This document shows, one piece after another, positions 48,234 through 56,944 of a stretch of 64,000 nt of DNA. Origin of the DNA: Alphaproteobacteria bacterium (GTDB lineage Bacteria; Pseudomonadota; Alphaproteobacteria; Caulobacterales; Aquidulcibacteraceae); NCBI GenBank assembly GCA_031398975.1, contig JANNOI010000004.1, forward strand, positions 7,961 through 71,960. The letters run 5' to 3'. Below the pieces are notes generated by a model. It had not been told where the DNA came from. It made no database searches and saw nothing but the letters and a program-made list of their open reading frames with translations. The position numbers and the translations under genes are program-made. Position 1 is the first letter of the stretch. Each line of letters starts with the position of its first letter.

Positions 48234-50447
48234 TCAGGCCGAGTGGTACGAGCGCGTCGCCGAGCCGTAATACAGAGAGTGCCCATAGGAGCCCGCGCCG
48301 GAGGCGTTGGGATCCACAAAGTTGATCGCCACGCCCAGCATTTTCGAGCCCGTCATCATCAATTGCTGGAGCGCGTCGTGGGCGGTGTGCGTGGAGGTCC
48401 GCCGCGAGCGCGCCACCAGGATCACATCGTCGGCATAGGAGGCGATGACGCGGGCCTCCGCCACCGCCAGCACGGGCGGGCAGTCCAGGATGATGAGGTT
48501 GAAGCTACGCCGCAGGTCCTCCAGCAGAACGCGCATCGCGTCCGTCGTGAACGCCTCCTCGGTGTCGCCGGAGGCGAGGCCCACGGGCAAGACGCGCAGC
48601 CCGCTTTCCTCGTCGGCATGGACGACGTCCTGCCACTTGGCCTTTCCGTTCAAGACCTCGTGCAGGCCTCTGGTCGGGGCGATGCGCAGCATGGTGTTGA
48701 GCGAATGGAGGCGCAGATCGCAATCGATCAGCAATGTCCGTTGCCCGGCCCGCGCGCAGATGCGGCCGAGACTCAAGGAGCAGGTGGTCTTGCCTTCCCC
48801 GGGCAGCGCCGAGGTGATCGCGACCACGCGGTCGCGATGATCGTGGCGGGAATAATCGATCGCCGTCTTGAGGACGCGGAAGCCCTCCGCATAGGCCGAC
48901 ATCGGCCGCGCCGAGATGATGTCTGCGGGCTGGCGCCGGCCGGCGCCAAGGCTCTTCAGCAATTTCTCGGAGGCCGCGGGAATGGAGGCGATGACCGGCA
49001 GTCCGAGCTTGGCCGAGATCTGCCCCGGGTTCTGGATCCCGTCGCTGAGCATCTCCAACACCATCACGAGCCCAAGCCCCGCGCACGCCCCCACGCCGAG
49101 CGAGATGACCAGGAGGACGATGAAGCCCGGGGAATCCGGTTTGCGCGGCGGCTCGGCGAACGCCACGACGCGCACGTCGCTCGCTTCGAGGCGCCCCTGG
49201 TCCGACACCTGGTGCAGGCGCTGGAGGAAGCTTTCATAGACGCTGCGCGTCGCTTCCGCATCGCGCTGGAGTTCGTTCAACTTGACCAAAGCGGTGTTGT
49301 TCTGGACGAGGCGCCCGCGCACGCCGTCCAGCGCCTCGTTCATCGCCTTCACCCGAGCGCGCGAAACCTCCACCTCGTTGCGCAGATTAGCCTGGAACCG
49401 CACCACCTCGGCCTGGATCTGCTTGCGTACATTGGCGAGTTCCAGCCGGTTGTTCTGGACCGAGGGGTGCAGGTCCCCGAGCGTGTTGTCCAGCTCCGCC
49501 TGTTTGCGCATGAGGTCGGTCTCGCGCTGGCGCAGATCGCGGATCACTTCGGAATTCAACACCCCGGCCAGGCTGTCCCCGGACCCGCCGGCGACGACGA
49601 GCTGGCGCACCTGGTTGTACCTAGCCTCCCGCTCGGCCAGTTCGGAGCGCGCCAGGATCACATCGGCCTGCATCTGGGCGACCTGGGTCTCGGTCAAGGA
49701 GACGCCCTGGGAGGTCAGGAGGCCGCTTTTCGCCTGGTAGGCCTGGGCCGCCGATTCCTTGGCCGCGACCTCCTTGCGCAATTCCTCCACCCGATCGGCG
49801 AGCCAGCCGCTGGCGCGCTGGCCGGACTCGATCCGGTTCTCGAACCCGAGTTGGAGATAGGTTTCGATCGCCGCATTGGCGATGCGCGCGGCGCTGACGG
49901 GGTCGCGCGAACGGACGTGGAAATCGATCACGAAAGACAATTCGCGCCGCTTCGCCCGGATCGACTTCATCAGCCGGTCGGCCACCAGGCGCTTGTCGCT
50001 CTGCCCGCTATCGGCGTCCTCCAGGAGGCGCGTGATCCAGGCCGACACGGAATTGGACGGCGCGAGGCGCGGGTTCCAGTTCGGGTCGCTCTCCAAATTG
50101 AGAGCGTCCACCAGCCGTTCGACGAGACGCCGCGAGACCAAAACCTCGATCTCGGACACGACGACCGCGGCGGTGGCCACATTGTCGGTCATGGATTGCT
50201 CGGCGTTCAACACCCGCTGCTCGCGGGGATTGATCATGATGGCGGTGGTGGCGGTGTAGTATTTCGGCTGCAGCAGCAGCGCGACCAGCACCAGACCCGC
50301 CACCGCCGCCGCCGCCGCCAGGATGAGCCGCCAGCGGTGCAGCACCACCATCGCCCAGGCGCGAACGTCGAACTGGTCGGAACCGGGCCCGCCCGCCGCG
50401 TCGGGCGTGTTGGCCAGCACATACCGCTCGGACGGGACTATGTTCAC
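48234..50447 (-). CDS. Polysaccharide co-polymerase / tyrosine autokinase (Wzc/ExoP/GumC-like)
   Basis: 737 aa. N-terminal Wzz domain, long coiled coil, a second TM helix, a P-loop (SALPGEGKTT) and a Tyr-rich tail (SYGHSLYYGSATRSYHSA). Confidence 0.85.
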   Translation of the reverse strand: MNIVPSERYVLANTPDAAGGPGSDQFDVRAWAMVVLHRWRLILAAAAAVAGLVLVALLLQPKYYTATTAIMINPREQRVLNAEQSMTDNVATAAVVVSEIEVLVSRRLVERLVDALNLESDPNWNPRLAPSNSVSAWITRLLEDADSGQSDKRLVADRLMKSIRAKRRELSFVIDFHVRSRDPVSAARIANAAIETYLQLGFENRIESGQRASGWLADRVEELRKEVAAKESAAQAYQAKSGLLTSQGVSLTETQVAQMQADVILARSELAEREARYNQVRQLVVAGGSGDSLAGVLNSEVIRDLRQRETDLMRKQAELDNTLGDLHPSVQNNRLELANVRKQIQAEVVRFQANLRNEVEVSRARVKAMNEALDGVRGRLVQNNTALVKLNELQRDAEATRSVYESFLQRLHQVSDQGRLEASDVRVVAFAEPPRKPDSPGFIVLLVISLGVGACAGLGLVMVLEMLSDGIQNPGQISAKLGLPVIASIPAASEKLLKSLGAGRRQPADIISARPMSAYAEGFRVLKTAIDYSRHDHRDRVVAITSALPGEGKTTCSLSLGRICARAGQRTLLIDCDLRLHSLNTMLRIAPTRGLHEVLNGKAKWQDVVHADEESGLRVLPVGLASGDTEEAFTTDAMRVLLEDLRRSFNLIILDCPPVLAVAEARVIASYADDVILVARSRRTSTHTAHDALQQLMMTGSKMLGVAINFVDPNASGAGSYGHSLYYGSATRSYHSA

Positions 50448-50566
50448 ATCATCCTCCGACGTTGGCCGGGACAGGCCCCTTCGGGCGGCGGACGCCAGAG
50501 CCTAGCGCGATCGGACCCGGGCTCCGGAGGCGTGTCTGGTCGCAATCCGCTTCTTCCGACAACGCC

Positions 50567-51154
50567 CTAGAACATCCGCTCGATAATGCGCACCGTATCC
50601 CCAGGCTGGACGCGCGTCGCGCTTGTAAGCTCATACCGGCGTTCCTGGGTGTCATTGGCGTGCCTTATCAGAACATGGCGCGCGTTCGCGCGATAGGTGA
50701 ACCCCCCCGCCGTCGCCACCGCCTTCATGATGGTTAGGCCCGCCGTAAACGGATACGTGCCCGGTTTTTGGACTTCGCCCAAAATATAGAACGGCCTGAA
50801 TTTTACAATCTCCAGCGTAATCGTGGGCTGGCGGACATAACCCTTCTCCAGCGCCGTTTTTATGCTTGCCGTCAATTCGGCGAGCGTCAGATCGGCGGCT
50901 GGGATCTCGCCCAACAGCGGATAGGAGATCGCGCCCGTGGTGCCGACCATGAACTGGCCGGTCAGATCGGGCTGGCCGAACACCGCAATGCGAAGTTCGT
51001 CCCCGACGCCCAGACGGTATTCCTGCGCGCCCGGCGCGGGTCCGTCCTCGAGAGAACCTGCGGCCGGCGCCGGGGCCGAGGCCTTCGGCGCGCACGCCCC
51101 CAACAGCCATCCGCACGCCAAAACAACAACGATGGCATGGAAAAAAAACCGCAT
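50567..51154 (-). CDS. Polysaccharide export outer-membrane lipoprotein (Wza-like; Poly_export + SLBB)
   Basis: Lipobox LLGAC, YRLGVGDELRIAVFGQPDL (PES motif region) and an SLBB domain. Confidence 0.85.
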   Translation of the reverse strand: MRFFFHAIVVVLACGWLLGACAPKASAPAPAAGSLEDGPAPGAQEYRLGVGDELRIAVFGQPDLTGQFMVGTTGAISYPLLGEIPAADLTLAELTASIKTALEKGYVRQPTITLEIVKFRPFYILGEVQKPGTYPFTAGLTIMKAVATAGGFTYRANARHVLIRHANDTQERRYELTSATRVQPGDTVRIIERMF

Positions 51155-51680
51155 GAATTCGCTGTCCTATTCCATCGCTGCGCTTCCCGCGACCGCGGAA
51201 CGCTTCCCGCATGCGATGGATCGATCCTGGCCATAAAGCAAGCGCGGCACTTCGCCGAATTTACGGCCGCGCGGCAGGATGCGCGTGCGGCGGGATCGGC
51301 GTGCGCGCTCGGCGCCTAAAAAGAGGGCGCGCCCTTCGATACCTGTGTGCGTTTGCGAAGCCTTACGCGCTTGCAAGAGAGCTTCGGGCCTCCGTCCTGA
51401 AAGGTTCCGTAACGGGCGCGGCAGTGCAACGCGCCGCTTGTGCCGAAACAGTCACTATCCCTCTGAAACAGCTTGCGCCGCGGCCAGTTTCCGTACGCGC
51501 TTCAAAGCTTGTTCGATTTTTAAGTTTAACGCTAAGCATAAGTCCGCCAGCGGACAAAAGCGCGCGTCGCTGATCTACATCGCGATATCTTGAAGTCCGG
51601 AAGCGCCCGCGTTTTTGTTATTTAGATCCGCCCCGTCTGGCCTTGAGCGCCATTAGCGCAGCGTCCCGAATCCGGCTGGA

Positions 51681-52466
51681 ATGTCTGTCGCGTCCGCGAT
51701 AAGCACGCGAGAACGTGTGGAGGGCCACGTGGACAAATCGCACCGACATCCCTTCGAAACCGATGGTTTGAAGGCCGATCCAAGTCAGCGTCTGCGCAAG
51801 CGTGCGGGCGGCGAAGGGCTTGTCAACGCGCGCAAAGCGATCCCATCGCACCGGTCGGCTCGGTCACACGGGCCCACGGGCGGCGCCGTCAAACGCCTGG
51901 CTGACTTCGTCGTTGCGGGCGCGCTGTTGACGTTCCTCGCGCCCCTGTTGCTGCTGATCGCGCTGCTCGTGCGCCTGGAGACGCCGGGACCGGCGATTTT
52001 CCGGCAAATGCGCGGCGGCTATGGCGGGCGCCCGTTCCAGATCTACAAATTCCGGACCATGACTGTGATGCAGGACGGGCCGGCCGTGCCCCAGGCGTCG
52101 CGCAATGACGCCCGCGTCACCACCTTCGGCGCTTTCCTCCGACAATCAAGTCTGGACGAGCTTCCTCAGCTTATCAATGTCTTGCAGGGCCACATGTCGC
52201 TGATCGGGCCGCGCCCGCACGCGCTCGCCCACGACGCCCAATTCGCCGCGATCGACGCCAATTACGCCCAGCGCTTCCGGGCGCGGCCGGGGGTTACAGG
52301 GCTTGCGCAAGTCTCGGGCAATCGCGGGCCGACGCCGACCTATGAATCCGTGCGCGAGCGACTGAGCTACGACGTGCACTATATCCGGACATGGTCTCTC
52401 GCGATGGACATGAAGATCCTGGTGCGGACGCTCGTGTTGCTGTTTCGCGGCTCGCAGGCGTTCTGA
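51681..52466 (+). CDS. Undecaprenyl-phosphate sugar-phosphotransferase (bacterial sugar transferase, ExoY/WbaP C-terminal type)
   Basis: KRLADFVVAGALL...SPGPAIFRQ-like (TPGPAIFRQ), YKFRTM, DELPQLINVLQGHMSLIGPRP. The first 60 codons look non-coding, so the real start may be TTG 51768. Confidence 0.85.
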   Translation: MSVASAISTRERVEGHVDKSHRHPFETDGLKADPSQRLRKRAGGEGLVNARKAIPSHRSARSHGPTGGAVKRLADFVVAGALLTFLAPLLLLIALLVRLETPGPAIFRQMRGGYGGRPFQIYKFRTMTVMQDGPAVPQASRNDARVTTFGAFLRQSSLDELPQLINVLQGHMSLIGPRPHALAHDAQFAAIDANYAQRFRARPGVTGLAQVSGNRGPTPTYESVRERLSYDVHYIRTWSLAMDMKILVRTLVLLFRGSQAF

Positions 52467-52513
52467 AGCCGCCGTCGCCGCCGGGCGCGTCGCGGAAACC
52501 TGAGGAGGCCCAG

Positions 52514-53326
52514 ATGCTTAAGCGGCGGCGGCGTCTTGGCCTTTTGTTTGGCGTATGCGGCGCGCTGTTGGGGGCCGCAGCACTCGGCCCCAAGGAGGCG
52601 GCGGGGGCGCCGGCCACGATCACGCTCGGGGACCATCAGAATTACACGATCGGGCCTTATCTCGCTTATCTGGGGCCCTGGAACAAGGGCCGGCTCGTCT
52701 ACGGCAAGGATTATACCGAGAGCCTCACCGTCCGCCCCGCCACGTTCCCGAACGCGACCTCGATCGTCTGGCGCTGGCCCCGGACGCCCCCGGCGGAGCA
52801 CGGCGTCTACAACTTCCTCCACATCGCTTTCGGCAATTATAACAACACGGTGGTGCAAACCCCGATCGCGCCCAAGAAGGTTTCCGCGATCAAGACGCTG
52901 ATCCAGACGCACGATCTTACCCTCACGGGCGAACTTGAGGGCTATGACGTCATCACCGATTTCTTCCTGACGCGCGCGCCGGGAGACTCCAAGACACAAG
53001 CCTTCGAGATCGAGGTATTCCTGCACACCCCGCCCTATTCGGCTGACTTTGTGCGCAGCGGGCGCCAGATCGGCGTTTTCCGGGAGGCCGGGCGCGCCTG
53101 GACCGTGGCGCTGATCGCGCGGCCCACGCCCATCATTCTCTTCGCCCCCGCCCGGAGCGGTGAGGTTAAAGCCGGCACGATCGATCTGGCCGCGATGCTG
53201 CGCTACCTCATCGCGCAGAAGGTCCTCACCGGGGAGGAATATTTCAACGGGCTGGGGCTGGGCGTGGAGGTGCGCCAGGGCGCGGGCGCCGCCACGATCA
53301 ACGCGTTTTCGGTGGTCTATGAATGA
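52514..53326 (+). CDS. Secreted protein with GH12-like (beta-jelly-roll endoglucanase-type) features
   Basis: A strong SD (GAGGAGG) precedes ATG 52514, and there is a signal peptide. FEIEVFL... and ...GLGVEVRQGAGAATINAFSV line up by eye with the two catalytic-Glu segments of GH12 enzymes (E-x-M-I-W and G-x-E). Not verified by search. Confidence 0.45.
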   Translation: MLKRRRRLGLLFGVCGALLGAAALGPKEAAGAPATITLGDHQNYTIGPYLAYLGPWNKGRLVYGKDYTESLTVRPATFPNATSIVWRWPRTPPAEHGVYNFLHIAFGNYNNTVVQTPIAPKKVSAIKTLIQTHDLTLTGELEGYDVITDFFLTRAPGDSKTQAFEIEVFLHTPPYSADFVRSGRQIGVFREAGRAWTVALIARPTPIILFAPARSGEVKAGTIDLAAMLRYLIAQKVLTGEEYFNGLGLGVEVRQGAGAATINAFSVVYE

Positions 53327-53356
53327 TGGGGGGAAAGGGTAGGGCTAGGTGTTTGT

Positions 53357-54760
53357 TTGGTCGCATTTTATGACGATGAACCGGCGTCCGCTTCATCAGA
53401 AAATGCTATAGGCCGTCCGGGCGCGCCGCGCCGTAACCTTACGCACGAGGCGAAAATTCCCACCCCGACACGCCTCGACGTCGCCCCTGCCGTACCCCGT
53501 GCGGCGTTGGACGGGCTGGCCGAACGCCCGGCAAGGGCGGCTGCGCTTTTGTTCGCCCTGCTCGTCATGGTCATCACCGGCCTTTCCCCGCCTCCGCCCG
53601 AGGGGGTCAAGGCGCTGACCGGCGATGGGGATGTTTTGCGGCAGGTTACTTATCTGCTGCTGTTTTTGCTTTCGGTCGTATTGCTTGGAATTGTGCGGCG
53701 GCCGCAATGGCTGCTGATCCCGCCCACTCTGTTTGCGGTTTTCGCCTGGTGCTCCGCCAGCGTGTTTTGGGCGATCGAGCCCGCGGTGGCCGCGCGGCGG
53801 CTTGTCCTTACCCTGCTGGTCGCCTGGACGGTGTTGCTGTGCGTCAAGCAGGCCGGGTTCGACCGCAGCGTCAGCGTGATCCGGCAGGTCCTAATCCTTG
53901 TCCTGGTGTTGAATTACGCCGCGATCCTCGTCCTGCCGGAGGCGATCCATCGCGCGAACGACGCGGTCGATTCGAACGTCATCGGGAATTGGCGCGGCTG
54001 GCTCCTGCACAAGAACATCACCGGCCCGGTCTGCGCGATCACTATTCTGTTCTTTTTCTTCCACCCCGGCGCGATGCGCCCCGTGGCGCGATGGGCGACG
54101 ATTGCGGCCGCAGGCTATTTCTTACTGCGCACCATGTCCAAGACATCGATGGCGCTGCTCGCCTTCTCCCTGATCGTGGGGCTGGTATACCTTTCGCTGG
54201 GGCGGCGGTCGCGGCGGGTGCTCGTCCCCATCATCTTCGCCGCGGTCCTGATCGGGGGCGCATTCGCGCTCGCCAGCCTCAATCTGTACGACCCGCGCGT
54301 GCTGACCGGGCGCTCGCAAATCTGGCTGCCGCTGATGGCCTATGCGGAGGATAATCTGCTCTTCGGGGCGGGCTTCGGCTCGTTCTGGAACGTAGGGAGC
54401 CAGAGCCCGATCTATCATTATGCGGACGGCTGGGTGCTTACGGAGGCGGTGGGCCATAACGGCTATCTCGATCTGCTGACCCAGATCGGCCTGCCCGGCC
54501 TGATCCTCGCCGTGTTCGCGATCATCCTCGCGCCGGTCTGGACGCTGCTGACCAACGGGCGGATCGCCACAAGCCGGGCGGGCTTGCTTCTGGCGGGATT
54601 TGTTTTTTGCGCGGGCCATAATCTGACGGAATCCTCGTTGCTGAACCGGGATCAGATCGTGGGGGTGTTCCTGATTGTGCTGTTGGGGCTGGTGCGGCAG
54701 AGCGTGCGGGAAAGCCCACGCCCGGCGCCGGCGGCGATCATAGCTCCGCTGCGGCGCTAG
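53357..54760 (+). CDS. O-antigen ligase / Wzy-like polymerase family membrane protein
   Basis: Polytopic, with a Wzy_C-like core (..RTMSKTSMALLAFSLIVG.. and ..GAGFGSFWN...GHNGYLDLLTQIGLPG..). TTG track start, so the 5' end is uncertain. Confidence 0.75.
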   Translation: MVAFYDDEPASASSENAIGRPGAPRRNLTHEAKIPTPTRLDVAPAVPRAALDGLAERPARAAALLFALLVMVITGLSPPPPEGVKALTGDGDVLRQVTYLLLFLLSVVLLGIVRRPQWLLIPPTLFAVFAWCSASVFWAIEPAVAARRLVLTLLVAWTVLLCVKQAGFDRSVSVIRQVLILVLVLNYAAILVLPEAIHRANDAVDSNVIGNWRGWLLHKNITGPVCAITILFFFFHPGAMRPVARWATIAAAGYFLLRTMSKTSMALLAFSLIVGLVYLSLGRRSRRVLVPIIFAAVLIGGAFALASLNLYDPRVLTGRSQIWLPLMAYAEDNLLFGAGFGSFWNVGSQSPIYHYADGWVLTEAVGHNGYLDLLTQIGLPGLILAVFAIILAPVWTLLTNGRIATSRAGLLLAGFVFCAGHNLTESSLLNRDQIVGVFLIVLLGLVRQSVRESPRPAPAAIIAPLRR

Positions 54761-54765
54761 AGCGG

Positions 54766-54867
54766 TTCTCGATTGGATTGAATCAATCCAATCGAGAAAA
54801 ACCGGTCTACACTTTAAGTCAGACCGTTTCTTGTCCGAAAACCGCGTAACACTTTTCGGGAAACGGT
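54766..54867. repeat. AT-rich palindromic element: three consecutive stem-loops between convergent genes
   Basis: Hairpin 1 has a 15-bp perfect stem (54766-54780 / 54784-54798) with loop AAT. Hairpin 2 is CGGTCT/AGACCG (54803-54826). Hairpin 3 is ACCGTTTC..CCGAAAA[loop]TTTTCGG GAAACGGT (54823-54867). The octamer AACGGTCT recurs three times. Confidence 0.6.
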
Positions 54868-54880
54868 CTAGCCCGGCGGC

Positions 54881-55972
54881 TCACGGCCGCGTCTGTCGCA
54901 CCGGCGTGGGCGCGGCCTCCGGGACTATCGGCGCCGCGAACGCCGCTTCCAGCAGGCGCACGCACCGGTTCCAGTCATAATCGTCGCGCACCCGCAAAGC
55001 GGCGCGCGCCGCGCGCTGGCGCAGCTCTTCCGGATCCTGCCGGCTCAGAAACTCCGCCGCGTCGTGCGCGGCGTCCGCGCTGGCGACGATGTGCCCGTCA
55101 TAGGTCGCCGCCATGTCCCGCACGCCGAGCAGGTCCATGCAAATGGGAAAAACCCCCAAAGTCAGGCACTCGAGCACGATGAGGGGATAGGAATCGACCG
55201 CCGAGAGGTGCACCAGAACGTCGCTCGCCCTCAGGATATCCAACAAGTCCTCGTCGCTGACGCGGCCCCGCAGGCGCACAACCCTGTCAAGACCGCGCTC
55301 GGCGATCATGCGCCGCAGGCGATCCATGGTTTCCTCGTCCGCGCCGCCGGCGATGCTCGCCTCTATAGCGACGCCGCGCTCGACCAGATGGCGGCAGACG
55401 TCGACGAAGCGGAACGTCCCCTTGCCCTCCGACAGGCGACACGCATGGACGAGCTTCAAGACCGGCCCCCCGCGCGGGCTTTCCGGGGGCGCGGCGGCCG
55501 TTCCCAGGACCGCCGGCAGGAAGGTGCGGATATAGGAGCGCGGCGCGCGCTCCGGCAGGCGCAGCTCCCGCTCCTGCGTCTTGGACAAAAGCGCAAACCG
55601 ATCGGTAAGCCCGAGGATCCACGTCCCCACGGCGCGCAAGACGGGATTGGACTGCGAGCGCCATTGCAGACCGAGATGGGGGGTCACCAGGATTTTGTAG
55701 CCCAGCGCTTTGGCGAGCAGCAGGTACAGCAAGTCAGGCAGGCACACATATTGGAGCCAGACCAGATCCGGGCGCTCCCCCCGCCGGAAGGCGAACGCCG
55801 CCAACCCGCGAAAGAGCGCAGGCAGGCGCGCCAGCGTCAGATAGGCGGTGTGGGTATAGAGGTGCTCGAACGGGCGCGCGCCGGCGCGCTCGAGGGCTTC
55901 GTTGGCGCGGGCGCAGAACGCTTCCACACCGCCCAAATGATTGGGCGATCCGCCGAGGCTGAGAACCTTCAT
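54881..55972 (-). CDS. Glycosyltransferase family 4 (GT-B, RfaB-like)
   Basis: MKVLSLGGSPNHLGGVE... at the N-terminus. The C-terminal GT1/GT4 domain has the E-x7-E region (LSAVDSYPLIVLECLTLGVFPI). Start set at ATG 55972. Confidence 0.8.
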   Translation of the reverse strand: MKVLSLGGSPNHLGGVEAFCARANEALERAGARPFEHLYTHTAYLTLARLPALFRGLAAFAFRRGERPDLVWLQYVCLPDLLYLLLAKALGYKILVTPHLGLQWRSQSNPVLRAVGTWILGLTDRFALLSKTQERELRLPERAPRSYIRTFLPAVLGTAAAPPESPRGGPVLKLVHACRLSEGKGTFRFVDVCRHLVERGVAIEASIAGGADEETMDRLRRMIAERGLDRVVRLRGRVSDEDLLDILRASDVLVHLSAVDSYPLIVLECLTLGVFPICMDLLGVRDMAATYDGHIVASADAAHDAAEFLSRQDPEELRQRAARAALRVRDDYDWNRCVRLLEAAFAAPIVPEAAPTPVRQTRP

Positions 55973-56227
55973 GAATCCCCCGGCCGTGGCGCCCGCCGCG
56001 CTGCGCGGTGCTGCATAGTGCAAAAGCTATAGCCCAGGCGGGGCGCGGTGTACAAATCCTACCGCGCCGAAAAACCAAACTGCATTGTCCGGGCCCCAAT
56101 AAGCGATCTTTTTCCCGAGACCCGCTCCCCACTGGCTTTGTGTTCGACCATCGCGGCGCGCGAACAACGCTTTGGCGGCTTCACGCGACGTGGGAACCAA
56201 ACCGCCCCGCCTTGGGTTGCACCAGCA

Positions 56228-56944
56228 ATGGCCGGCGATCCCGCGACCTCCCTTCACGCCAGCGCCGCGCGCCCGCTCGAACAGGCCGGCCGGGGCCATT
56301 ACCATCCGATAGGCATCGCCTTGCATTGGACGATGGCCGCGCTCGTGTTCCTCCAGCTCGGGTGGGGGTGGCGCACCTCCGCGCTGGCTCCGGGCTATGA
56401 CAAGCTCGACGCGTATGGCGTGCATGCGCTGATCGGGATGGCGATCCTTGCGCTGGCGTTTCTGCGCGCGGGCTGGCGCATCCTTGCGCCGTTCGTGCTG
56501 CCGCGGCTGGAAAAGGCCGAGGATCTGCCCGGCTGGCAGCACCTGGCGGCGGAGGCCACCCATATCGCGCTCTATGGGCTCATGTTCGCGCTGCCCCTGT
56601 CGGGATGGCTGATGCTGTCCACCGCCCAGGCGAATGCTGGCGCGATCGCGATGCCGGGGGGATGGACGTGGCCGCTCCTGCCCTTCGTGGCCGAGCTTGA
56701 CTTCGTGGCCCGCGCCGAGCTCGAACATGCCGCCGAAATAACCCATTTCAGCCTGATCGCGCTGATGGTCGCGCTGATTGCGCTCCATGTGGGGGCCGCA
56801 CTCAAACATTATTTCATCGACAAGGACGACGTGCTCTCCCGCATGATCCCGGCGCTTTCCCCCCCGCGCAGCCCCAACGCGCCTGACGTCAGCGCGCCTG
56901 GCGTCAGCGCGCCTGACATCAGCGCCAGGAAGGCGCAGAGATAG
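56228..56944 (+). CDS. Cytochrome b561 family protein (CybB-like)
   Basis: HYHPIGIALHWTMAALV..., HALIGMAILAL..., THIALYGLMFALPLSGW... and ..HVGAALKHYFIDKDDVLSRM, i.e. the four-helix bis-His pattern. Start set at ATG 56228. The tail overlaps convergent ctaG. Confidence 0.8.
   Translation: MAGDPATSLHASAARPLEQAGRGHYHPIGIALHWTMAALVFLQLGWGWRTSALAPGYDKLDAYGVHALIGMAILALAFLRAGWRILAPFVLPRLEKAEDLPGWQHLAAEATHIALYGLMFALPLSGWLMLSTAQANAGAIAMPGGWTWPLLPFVAELDFVARAELEHAAEITHFSLIALMVALIALHVGAALKHYFIDKDDVLSRMIPALSPPRSPNAPDVSAPGVSAPDISARKAQR

Noticed and set aside
48243-50570. 775-aa ORF antisense to the Wzc-like gene
   Set aside because: Shadow ORF with low-complexity translation. The minus strand has P-loop, Wzz and Tyr-tail features.
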